Shown: piece after piece, positions 56,905 to 64,000 of the stretch
How the letters are laid out: every line of letters begins with the position of its first letter
How positions within the stretch are numbered: position 1 is the stretch's first letter
DNA from: an uncultured Staphylococcaceae bacterium
GTDB lineage: Bacteria > Bacillota_I > Bacilli_A > RFN20 > CAG-826
DNA length: 64,000 nt
Assembly: GCA_964504595.1 (NCBI GenBank)
Contig: CAZDEE010000001.1
Coordinates: 1,200 to 65,199 of the forward strand
Direction of reading: 5' to 3'
Made by a program: the position numbers and the translations under genes
Notes under the pieces: model-generated
What the model was told of the DNA's origin: nothing
Database searches by the model: none
The model's input: the letters and a program-made list of their open reading frames with translations, nothing else

Positions 56905-57189
56905 AACACCTTTTCTAGATATAAATGCAAGATATGTGGAAACACTTATTCTCAAAATAATATTTATAGTCCAAAACAATCTAGACTAAGTTATGAAATG
57001 ATTCATCAAATTCTTTTAAAATTACAAAAATACAATGCTACTTTTACATCTGTAGCCAATGAATTAAATACTACTTCCACAACAGTCCAAAACGTTTTTG
57101 ATAACTATGTCAATCCGAAACGAAAAAATTTAACAAGAGTTATTTCTATTGATGAGTTTTATAATAAAAATCAATTCAATAATTTTTAA
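56905..57189 (+). pseudogene. N-terminal fragment of an ISL3-family transposase (zinc ribbon + HTH, truncated)
   Basis: The frame is open from 56905 and reads NTFSRYKCKICGNTY...SYEMIHQILLKLQKYNATFTSVANELNTTSTTVQNVF...LTRVISIDEF, then a stop. This matches the 'RRFxCxxCG ... HTH ... IDEF' layout of ISL3 N-termini. No DDE domain follows. Confidence 0.55.
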
Positions 57190-57212
57190 GAGAAGTAAAT
57201 AAAGTGCATTAA

Positions 57213-57518
57213 TTTGATTTATTATGCGAGGAATTAGGAATCAAACATAAGTTAATCAAACCTAGAACACCAAGTTATAATGAAAAAATAGAACGAAGTC
57301 CTAGAAACGATAATGAAAGATTTTATAAATGTTTGAAATTCTATTCATATGAAGATTTACAAAATCAAATGAAATCATATTTAATTAGATCTAATAATAT
57401 TCCTACTTGTGTTTTAGGTTGGAAAACATCTAGTTGTTTTAAGCATGTCTTTTTAAAAAAAAGTAAATCATTAATGGTTATTTCTTATTTGTTTATTTGT
57501 TTATTATTCAAGCAATAA
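57213..57518 (+). pseudogene. C-terminal remnant of an rve (DDE integrase-core) transposase, IS481/IS3-like
   Basis: ...CEELGIKHKLIKPRTPSYNEKIERSPRNDNERFY...SYEDLQNQMKSYLIRSNNIPTCVLGWKTS parallels the conserved 'GIxHxxxxPxxPQTNGKVERFxRTLxxE...YNxxRPHxALGxxTP' tail. Key residues are degraded (NGK to NEK, ERF to ERS). The catalytic D,D part is absent. Confidence 0.5.
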
Positions 57519-57666
57519 TTAATTTATTAAAGTTATACTTTTTTAAAAGGAGATTGACAATTCTTCAAAGTGTTAGTAATAGCATTATCCTAAGTGCATA
57601 AATTATAAATGAATCATATCAATAATCTTGTTATTAAATTTTTAATAAGTAATTTTTAAAGTGACT

Positions 57667-58596
57667 TTATATATTATTCTTTGAATTTAGATTATCAAGG
57701 ATTTCAAGATAATTTTTGAAGTTCATTTTTATTATTTTATTTAATTCATTTAAATTATATTTCTGTACAAATTCAATTGCCGTATCAGTTACTTTTTTTG
57801 AAGCTCCAAATGGAATTAATATCCCATATTTTTTATTGTATTCTTCATTAATTTTTAAAAATGTATATCGTGCGATACAAGAAGCTAGGGCAACAGAGGG
57901 ATAATAAGATTCAGCTTTTGTAAGAAAAGTGATATTAGTTTCAACATCAGGTGAATCTATCAGATATTTATAATAGTTGTCCACAGAACAAAATTGGTCG
58001 ACGTATATCGGCGCGTTTAATTGATATTTTTTCTTTAAAGTCAATAAAGCATGATTATGAAGCCAGGCTTTAATTTTATTCATATTAAACCCTTTTTTTA
58101 TCATTTCGTTATATTTTTCTGGATAGCAAATTAAAAGGCTATATTTAAAATCATTTAGTAATGAAGGACCTATTTCTAAGATTTTTTTATCGCTTAGTTT
58201 CTTTGAATCATCAATTCCTAATGTGAGAAGTTTTTGATAATAGAATTCATCGACATAAGCGGCGACGACAACAATAGGACCAAAGAAATCACCGACTCCA
58301 ACTTCATCACTTCCAATATGAGAAGAAGAAATCTTAAAACATGTTTTTGTTGCTTCTTTTATTTCTTTTTTTTGTGCGGATTTATCATATTTTAAAGCCG
58401 CTTCAAGTGCGGTGTCTCCTTTAAAAGTAACGGTTATTGTTTCTCTTTTAGAAGTATATGCAGTAATTGATAAACCATCTTTTAGCACAGAAAAAAGAAC
58501 ATATTCGCCATTATTTTTAGTTAAATATGATGAATAGTCATTTTTAATTTGCTCAGATATTTCTTTTGATACTTTAATCGTTACATAGTCATTCAT
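57667..58596 (-). CDS. rnhC: ribonuclease HIII
   Basis: An N-terminal substrate-binding domain is followed by the RNase H type 2 core IGSDEVGVGDFFGPIVV and DDSKKL. I chose the ATG at 58596. Confidence 0.9.
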   Translation of the reverse strand: MNDYVTIKVSKEISEQIKNDYSSYLTKNNGEYVLFSVLKDGLSITAYTSKRETITVTFKGDTALEAALKYDKSAQKKEIKEATKTCFKISSSHIGSDEVGVGDFFGPIVVVAAYVDEFYYQKLLTLGIDDSKKLSDKKILEIGPSLLNDFKYSLLICYPEKYNEMIKKGFNMNKIKAWLHNHALLTLKKKYQLNAPIYVDQFCSVDNYYKYLIDSPDVETNITFLTKAESYYPSVALASCIARYTFLKINEEYNKKYGILIPFGASKKVTDTAIEFVQKYNLNELNKIIKMNFKNYLEILDNLNSKNNI

Positions 58597-58732
58597 TTTA
58601 ATCACCATCACAAATTATACCACATCTTTTTAAATAAAAATTGTTATTTGATGTTGTATATTACAAAAGATACCTATTAACTAACTAATTTATTTAATAT
58701 ATATTTACTTTATTTGTGATAAAATAATTTCG

Positions 58733-61048
58733 GTGATGAAAATGAAATCGATGAAAGAAACAGTATCTTTTGATTTAATTCAAAATAAATTAAAAACCTA
58801 TATTAAAAGTGAATATGCTGAAAGAAGAATTAATGAATTACAACCATTATTTGATTCTTTTTATTTGGATAGAGAATTAAGATTTTTAAAAGAAATGATT
58901 TCTTTTATTGCTTCATATGGTGCATTACCGATCGTCAATTCTATTTTATTAGATAAATATGTAGAATACGCAAATAAAGGTGGTATTTTATCACCTCAAG
59001 AGCTTTCATATATAGTTAATGATATAAATAACATGGAGCAAGTTCTTGATTTTATAAATAAATGTGATGGTGATTATCCATTATTAAAAGAATATATCCG
59101 CGATTTTGCTAGTTTAAAACATTTATTAACATCGATTAATAATGTCGTTTCACCATCTCTTACGATATTTGATAATGCATCACGTGAACTGCAATCAATC
59201 AGATTAAGAATTATACGTACTGAATCATCAATTAAAACTACAATAAATACACTTGCCACAAAATACAAAGATTTATTAACTGAAGGTGGAGTAACATTAA
59301 GAAATGGTCATTATGTACTACCGGTAAAAAATAGTGAAAAAAATAAGATTTTAGGAATTGTTCATGATATTTCAAGCTCAGGGATGACAATTTTTATTGA
59401 ACCATCAACACTTGTAGAATTAAATAATTCACTTTTATTACTTCATCAAGAAGAGGAAGATGAAATAAAACGTATATTACAAAATTTAACTAAATTAGTT
59501 TTGCTTAATCAAAGAGATTTATTAAATAACAATACAATGCTTGGAGAATTAGATTTTGCGGCCGCGAAAGCATCTTATGCTTTAGAAACGAATAGTTATG
59601 TTGCTTCAATTTCTAAAACTTCAATTATTAAATTAAAAGGTGCAAGACATCCACACATCGATCCTAAGAAAGTTGTAAAAAACGATTTTTATTTAGATGA
59701 ATACAACCGTGTTTTGGTTTTAAGTGGACCGAATGCTGGTGGAAAAACAGTCGCGATGAAATGTGTTGGTTTGCTTTCTTATATGCATCAATGCGGATTA
59801 GCTCTCCCAACTGATGAAGAGGGTAGTCTTCCAATTTTTGATAATTTTTTGTGCGATATAGGTGATCAACAATCTTTAAATGATAATTTATCAACTTTCT
59901 CTGGGCACATGGAATCGCTAAAAAATATTTTAGGTACTTTAACTAAGTATTCATTAGTTTTAATAGATGAAATTGGAACTGGAACCGATCCTTTAGAAGG
60001 AGAAGCGCTTGCAGTTTCACTTATAAGAGCTATTAAAGAAAAAGGTGCATTAACAATTATTTCATCCCATTTTAGTGGTGTTAAAGAATATGCATTTAAT
60101 AACGAAGGTATCTTAATTGGATCGATGATTTTTGATGAAGAAAACCTTCTTCCTACTTATCGCTTAAAAGTCGGAATACCAGGAAAATCTTATGCGCTTG
60201 AAGTTGCAAGAAGACATGGATTACCTGATTATATCATTAATTATGCGAATAATTATTTAAAAGATAATCATAATAATGAGCAAGAAGATAAAATTTCATA
60301 TTTAGAAAAAATGATTATTGAATATGAAAAGAAGATTGAAGAAATAAAGCAAAAAGAAATAACAATTAATGAAGCTGAAAAAGAAATGACGGATTTTTAT
60401 GCATCTATGGATGAAGTAAAAAAGAAAATGATTTCTGATTTTGAAAAAGAAAAACATCTTTTATTAGAGGATGTTCATTCTCAAATTGAGGAAATACTTT
60501 TAAAATTGAAAAATGGTACATTAAAGTATCACGAAGCCTTAGAATTAAAAAAGAAAGTCGATTCATTAGAAGAAATCAATGATGATTTTGAAGAAGAAAA
60601 TGATACCTCTATTAACGTTGGAGATTACATTCTAGTTATTGATAATAATCTTCAAGGTCGGGTAACAATTGTTAATAAAAATAATATTACTTTTATTAGT
60701 GAAGAGGGCTTTACATTTAATATTAAGAAAAATAAAGTCAAAAAGATTAAACCACCTAAGAAAAAAATAAAAAAGACAACTGGAGATCCTTTAATAATGA
60801 CTTCACTAAGTAGTGAACATAATGTTATTGGCATGCATGTCGAGGATGCTTTAGAAAGTGTTTCAAAATATTTGGATTCTGCACGCGTAAGACGATTTAA
60901 AACCGTACGCATTATTCATGGAGTAGGAACGGGAGCTTTAAGAAAAGCAATTCATACTTATTTGGATAAACAGTCATTCGTAGACTCATATCGTTTAGGT
61001 AATAGTAATGAAGGTGGATTAGGAGCAACGGTGGTGAATTTAAAATGA
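58733..61048 (+). CDS. mutS2: endonuclease MutS2 (MutS-family ATPase with a C-terminal Smr domain)
   Basis: Walker A is GPNAGGKTV. DEIGTGTDP is present, followed by a coiled-coil region. The Smr domain reads IIHGVGTGALRKAI. The exact start among 58733, 58736, 58742 and 58751 is ambiguous. Confidence 0.94.
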   Translation: MMKMKSMKETVSFDLIQNKLKTYIKSEYAERRINELQPLFDSFYLDRELRFLKEMISFIASYGALPIVNSILLDKYVEYANKGGILSPQELSYIVNDINNMEQVLDFINKCDGDYPLLKEYIRDFASLKHLLTSINNVVSPSLTIFDNASRELQSIRLRIIRTESSIKTTINTLATKYKDLLTEGGVTLRNGHYVLPVKNSEKNKILGIVHDISSSGMTIFIEPSTLVELNNSLLLLHQEEEDEIKRILQNLTKLVLLNQRDLLNNNTMLGELDFAAAKASYALETNSYVASISKTSIIKLKGARHPHIDPKKVVKNDFYLDEYNRVLVLSGPNAGGKTVAMKCVGLLSYMHQCGLALPTDEEGSLPIFDNFLCDIGDQQSLNDNLSTFSGHMESLKNILGTLTKYSLVLIDEIGTGTDPLEGEALAVSLIRAIKEKGALTIISSHFSGVKEYAFNNEGILIGSMIFDEENLLPTYRLKVGIPGKSYALEVARRHGLPDYIINYANNYLKDNHNNEQEDKISYLEKMIIEYEKKIEEIKQKEITINEAEKEMTDFYASMDEVKKKMISDFEKEKHLLLEDVHSQIEEILLKLKNGTLKYHEALELKKKVDSLEEINDDFEEENDTSINVGDYILVIDNNLQGRVTIVNKNNITFISEEGFTFNIKKNKVKKIKPPKKKIKKTTGDPLIMTSLSSEHNVIGMHVEDALESVSKYLDSARVRRFKTVRIIHGVGTGALRKAIHTYLDKQSFVDSYRLGNSNEGGLGATVVNLK

Positions 61049-62805
61049 ACCCACGTTTAAAAGAAGAAATTGATTTATTAACAACTTCACCTGGTGTTTA
61101 TTTAATGTTTAACGTTTTGGACAAGGTGATATATGTTGGGAAAGCCAAAAATTTAAAAAAAAGGGTTTCTCAATATTTTCTTCGACCTCAAGTTGGTAAA
61201 GTTAAAAGAATGGTTTCAGAGGTAGTTCGCTTTGAAACAATTCAAACAGAAACTGAAAAGGAAGCATTACTTTTAGAAATTAATTTAATAAGAGAGCATT
61301 ATCCACCCTTTAATATTTTATTAAAGGATGGTAAAAGTTATCCTTATATAGCTATTTATAAGAAAAATGATCCATATTTAAGAATTATGTATAAAGATAG
61401 AGATCCTTCTTATAAATATTATGGTCCTTATCCTTCATCTTCTGCATGTTATGAAATAATAAATTTATTAAATAAATTATTTCCATTAAGAAAATGTAAA
61501 ACATTACCTCTAGCACCTTGTTTATATTATCATTTAGGGCAATGTTTAGGTCCTTGTATTAATAAAATAAATCAAGATGATTATCGTAATATGATTAATG
61601 ATATTACATTATTTTTAGATGGAAAAGACATCAAAAAACGTAAAGAAATAGAGGAATTAATGTACCAAGAATCAGAAAAGCTTAATTTTGAAAAAGCTGC
61701 AGAATATAAAAAAATATTGGATTCAATTGATCACATTATTTCTCATCAAAATATTGAACAAAAAGATAAAATTGATCGCGATGTATTCGCTCTATCTACT
61801 CGTGATGGATATCTTTCACTTGCAGTCCTTTTATATCGAAAAGGTAAATTACTTGGAAAAGATCTTTTTGTTGTTGAAGAATTCGATGATGTAAAAGAGC
61901 AAGTAACGAACATGATTGGTCAATATTATTTGTCTCATCCTTTGCCAAAAGAAATCATTGTTTCAATTAAAGAAATAGCTGAAATCCTTTCTCTTGCTCT
62001 TTCAACAAAAGTAATTTGCCCGGTTAAAGGTAGCAAACTAGAACTAGTTAATTTAGCGCTTAAAAACGCTAAAACAGGATTGGATGAACACTTTTTAACT
62101 GCTAGATTAGAGGATAATCAAGTATCGTTACTAGAAGATTTAGGAAGATTGTTAAATATTCCAACTCCGTACAGAATTGAATTATTTGATAACTCTCATA
62201 TTCAAGGATCATCACCAGTTGGCGCAATGGTGTGCTTTATTAATGGACAAAAAGCTAAAAAGATGTATCGGAAATATCACATTGAGCATGAAGAAAAACG
62301 TGATGATTTTGCTTCGATGAGAGAAGTTATAAAAAGAAGATATTCGCGCTTAAAAGAAGAAAAAAGTACTTATCCTGATTTAATAATTGTCGATGGTGGG
62401 TTAGGACAAATTCACGCTTGTGAAGAAGCTTTAAATAGTATTGATGTTTCAATTCCTTTCGTTGGTTTATATAAAAACGATAAACATCAAACTGAGGGAT
62501 TAATGTCTAAAGATGGTGAGGTATTTATTATTGAACAAGGTTCTCCATTGTTTTTTATGCTAATGAGAATGCAAGATGAAGTTCACCGTTATGCCATTAC
62601 ATTTCATAAACAAGTCCGTTTTAAAAGTATGTTAGCTTCTATTTTAGATGATATACCAGGATTAGGACAAAAAAGAAAGCAACTTTTATTTGAACGATTT
62701 GAAACAATATCAGCATTAAAGTCAGCATCGATTGAAGAATTATCACAAATTATTCCTCATGATGTTGCAGTTTTACTATATGAAAAAATAAATAAAAAGC
62801 CTTAA
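61045..62805 (+). CDS. uvrC: excinuclease ABC subunit C
   Basis: The GIY-YIG motif is PGVYLMF...VIYVGKAKNL. A UVR domain, an endonuclease V-like domain and a C-terminal (HhH)2 (IPGLGQKRK) follow. An ATGA overlap links it to mutS2. Confidence 0.96.
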   Translation: MNPRLKEEIDLLTTSPGVYLMFNVLDKVIYVGKAKNLKKRVSQYFLRPQVGKVKRMVSEVVRFETIQTETEKEALLLEINLIREHYPPFNILLKDGKSYPYIAIYKKNDPYLRIMYKDRDPSYKYYGPYPSSSACYEIINLLNKLFPLRKCKTLPLAPCLYYHLGQCLGPCINKINQDDYRNMINDITLFLDGKDIKKRKEIEELMYQESEKLNFEKAAEYKKILDSIDHIISHQNIEQKDKIDRDVFALSTRDGYLSLAVLLYRKGKLLGKDLFVVEEFDDVKEQVTNMIGQYYLSHPLPKEIIVSIKEIAEILSLALSTKVICPVKGSKLELVNLALKNAKTGLDEHFLTARLEDNQVSLLEDLGRLLNIPTPYRIELFDNSHIQGSSPVGAMVCFINGQKAKKMYRKYHIEHEEKRDDFASMREVIKRRYSRLKEEKSTYPDLIIVDGGLGQIHACEEALNSIDVSIPFVGLYKNDKHQTEGLMSKDGEVFIIEQGSPLFFMLMRMQDEVHRYAITFHKQVRFKSMLASILDDIPGLGQKRKQLLFERFETISALKSASIEELSQIIPHDVAVLLYEKINKKP

Positions 62806-62817
62806 ATTAATAAGGCT
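62790..62817 (-). terminator. terminator hairpin for gerE, shared with the uvrC 3' end
   Basis: Stem AGCCTTA/TAAGGCT (62798-62804 / 62811-62817). On the minus strand it is followed by UUUUUAUUUAUUUUUU. It covers both convergent stop codons. Confidence 0.55.
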
Positions 62818-63019
62818 AAAGAGAAATTTCATTCATTCGAATTAGTTCGATAACTGCGTGAGCTCGTCCATGCACGCCTAATTTTTGGATTACATTAGAA
62901 ATGTGATTTCTAACAGTTTTTTTCGATATAAAGAGAATATCCGCAATTTCAGAAGTGGATTTGTTTTGCACTAGTAATTCGAAGACTTCACGTTCTCTTT
63001 TTGTTAAGATAGATGGCAT
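62816..63019 (-). CDS. gerE: LuxR-type HTH sporulation regulator GerE
   Basis: 67 aa. LTKREREVFELLVQNKSTSEIADILFISKKTVRNHISNVIQKLGVHGRAHAVIELIRM is nearly colinear with B. subtilis GerE as I recall it. Confidence 0.9.
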   Translation of the reverse strand: MPSILTKREREVFELLVQNKSTSEIADILFISKKTVRNHISNVIQKLGVHGRAHAVIELIRMNEISL

Positions 63020-63091
63020 AAAAATCTCCTATATTTAATTTATTGTATTCATATTTTTGAAAATGTTTCATTAAGTATAGTAGGTGATAAT

Positions 63092-63751
63092 ATGAAAGTT
63101 CTTCTTTTCGATAGCGGGTTTGGTCTAATTCCATCTTTAAAATGGCTATTAGCGGGGCATATAGATAATGATTATCATATTGAAATGGAAGAAAAATTTT
63201 TTCCATTTGGTGATAAAAATGAAACTGATCTAGCTTTATATATAAAAAACAAACTTTTAGCGTGGAATATTCAAAAATATGATCAAATTTATATAGTTTG
63301 TAATACTATAAGCGTTATTATAAAAAAATATAATCTAACGTTGTCTTCAAATATTAAATTGATTATCGATATAAATGAAGCTCTAGTTAAGCAATATAAC
63401 GCTTCGATTTTTGCAACAAAAGTCACATGCTCATATTTTAAAAATAAAGGTGTCGATACCATTGATGGCGGCCATCTAGTAAAAAGTATTGAAGATTGTG
63501 ATATAGAATTATTAATCAAGCAAATAAAACAATTAAAATTTAAAAATGAATATGTTGTCATTGGTTGTACTCATTTTACACATATTTTGTTTTTATTAAG
63601 ACGATATCATCCATATATTAAATTTATAGATGGTTATTCATTACAATTTCATGATTTACAAAGTGGTAATAGTTTATCTATTACGCTTAATGATAAAGCT
63701 CATAAAATTATAAATAATAATCTTTTTAGTCATAACTTATTTACCTTGTAG
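63092..63751 (+). CDS. murI: glutamate racemase-like protein (short, divergent)
   Basis: FDSGFGLIP, FPFGDK, VCNTIS (first catalytic Cys) and IGCTHFTH (second catalytic Cys) are present. It is only 219 aa. The neighbourhood with gerE is as in Bacillus (racE). Confidence 0.65.
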   Translation: MKVLLFDSGFGLIPSLKWLLAGHIDNDYHIEMEEKFFPFGDKNETDLALYIKNKLLAWNIQKYDQIYIVCNTISVIIKKYNLTLSSNIKLIIDINEALVKQYNASIFATKVTCSYFKNKGVDTIDGGHLVKSIEDCDIELLIKQIKQLKFKNEYVVIGCTHFTHILFLLRRYHPYIKFIDGYSLQFHDLQSGNSLSITLNDKAHKIINNNLFSHNLFTL

Positions 63752-63781
63752 ATATATTTTAAATGTGAGGTGAATGTCAAT

Positions 63782-64000
63782 ATGAATAAGATTAGTAAAT
63801 GGCTATGTGAAAAATTCAAAAAAAATAAGAAAAATAGCGATAATGTATCTATTAATGAAATTGTCGATATTGATGTTAGTAAGGTTGAATTTAAAAGAAA
63901 AAAACATTTTTTACCTGCTTTTTTTATTTCAAGCAGTCTAAAAATCAAAACAATTTTAACTTTTATGATTCCGGTTGCGCTTATAAGCACTGGAGTTGCT
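63782..64000 (+). CDS. hypothetical protein, N-terminal part (runs off the window)
   Basis: The ATG at 63782 lies 8 nt after GAGGTGA. The frame stays open to the window end and reads MNKISKWLCEKFKKNKKNSDN...LKIKTILTFMIPVALISTGVA. A basic N-terminus is followed by the start of a transmembrane segment. Confidence 0.4.
   Translation, partial: MNKISKWLCEKFKKNKKNSDNVSINEIVDIDVSKVEFKRKKHFLPAFFISSSLKIKTILTFMIPVALISTGVA

Noticed and set aside
56505-56945. A 146-aa minus-strand ORF in the IS-remnant region. One stretch (TITINEGTVGIAPSAFSN) faintly resembles a BspA-type leucine-rich repeat.
   Set aside because: It shows only one partial repeat unit. The rest is low-complexity, and there is no Shine-Dalgarno or signal peptide. 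It also overlaps plus-strand frames that continue into the ISL3-like fragment. I treat it as non-coding decay, though a fragment of a surface-protein gene cannot be excluded. The overlapping plus-strand ORF at 56662-56904 was not called, for the same reason.
63020-63091. A sigma-K-type promoter for gerE (AC…CATAnnnTA) in the gerE-murI intergenic region.
   Set aside because: The only CATA-like match overlaps the murI start codon, and no convincing -35 AC lies at the right spacing. It cannot be supported by eye.
62988-63206. A 72-aa minus-strand ORF overlapping the gerE start and the murI start.
   Set aside because: It overlaps two supported genes, including their divergent promoter region. 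It has no motif and no Shine-Dalgarno.
63730-63990. An 86-aa minus-strand ORF at the window end.
   Set aside because: The plus strand has a better candidate: an ATG at 63782 behind a GAGGTGA Shine-Dalgarno, open to the window edge. The minus-strand frame is an Ile/Leu/Phe-rich mirror of Lys/Asn-rich coding sequence.
1-64000. A search for CRISPR arrays, tRNA or rRNA genes, prophage or integrase genes and large repeats.
   Set aside because: Reading the intergenic regions, I saw no regularly spaced direct repeats, no cloverleaf-compatible GC-rich segments of 70-90 nt and no rRNA-like sequence. The only mobile-element signal is the decayed fragments at 56.9-57.5 kb. A computational repeat and tRNA scan would be needed for certainty.

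Overview
This is a 64-kb segment of a low-GC (about 30% by eye) Bacillota chromosome. It uses the standard genetic code; TGA serves as a stop, for example at the end of mraY. The organism is a spore-former: spoIIGA, sigE, sigG, gerE and an SpoVD-type PBP are present. Gene order resembles Bacillus subtilis, so an Erysipelotrichia- or Turicibacter-like lineage is a plausible guess, but it is only a guess.

The window is almost entirely housekeeping genes. In order:
- infC'-rpmI-rplT
- thrS with a T-box leader
- a pfkA-pyk-ROK kinase-degV operon
- an ABC-2 transporter pair
- dnaB(Bsu-type)-dnaI
- a tightly packed dnaE-polA-fpg::coaE operon
- nrnA and ackA
- glgB-glgP and an M42 peptidase
- a DUF523 protein plus a small membrane protein
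- ygjP-like and trmH-like genes
- an IbrA/IbrB-like pair
- pheST with a T-box leader, then a DUF177 protein
- a complete dcw cluster: mraZ-rsmH-ftsL-pbp-murE-mraY-murD-ftsW-murG-murB-divIB-ftsA-ftsZ
- spoIIGA-sigE-sigG-sepF
- ileS (T-box)-lspA-rluD
- a roughly 1.2-kb patch of decayed transposase fragments
- rnhC, mutS2-uvrC, gerE, and a short murI-like gene

I found no rRNA, tRNA or CRISPR array.

The only clearly accessory module of unknown function is the translationally coupled gene pair at 29.1-30.9 kb. It pairs a PP-loop ATPase (PAPS-reductase/DUF3440, IbrA-like) with a ParB/Srx-fold protein (IbrB-like), and it sits between a trmH-like gene and the pheST leader. Other points worth checking:
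- an in-frame Fpg-CoaE fusion
- a phased GTGG[A/G] MraZ-type operator
- DnaA boxes upstream of dnaB-dnaI
- a spoIIG-type promoter with a 22-bp spacer
- a terminator plus a sigma-E-like promoter inside the dcw cluster
- an orphan promoter-terminator unit that may be an sRNA
- an LspA with a long C-terminal tail
- IS scars at an apparent synteny breakpoint

Every call comes from reading the translations and motifs by eye. No database search was run.
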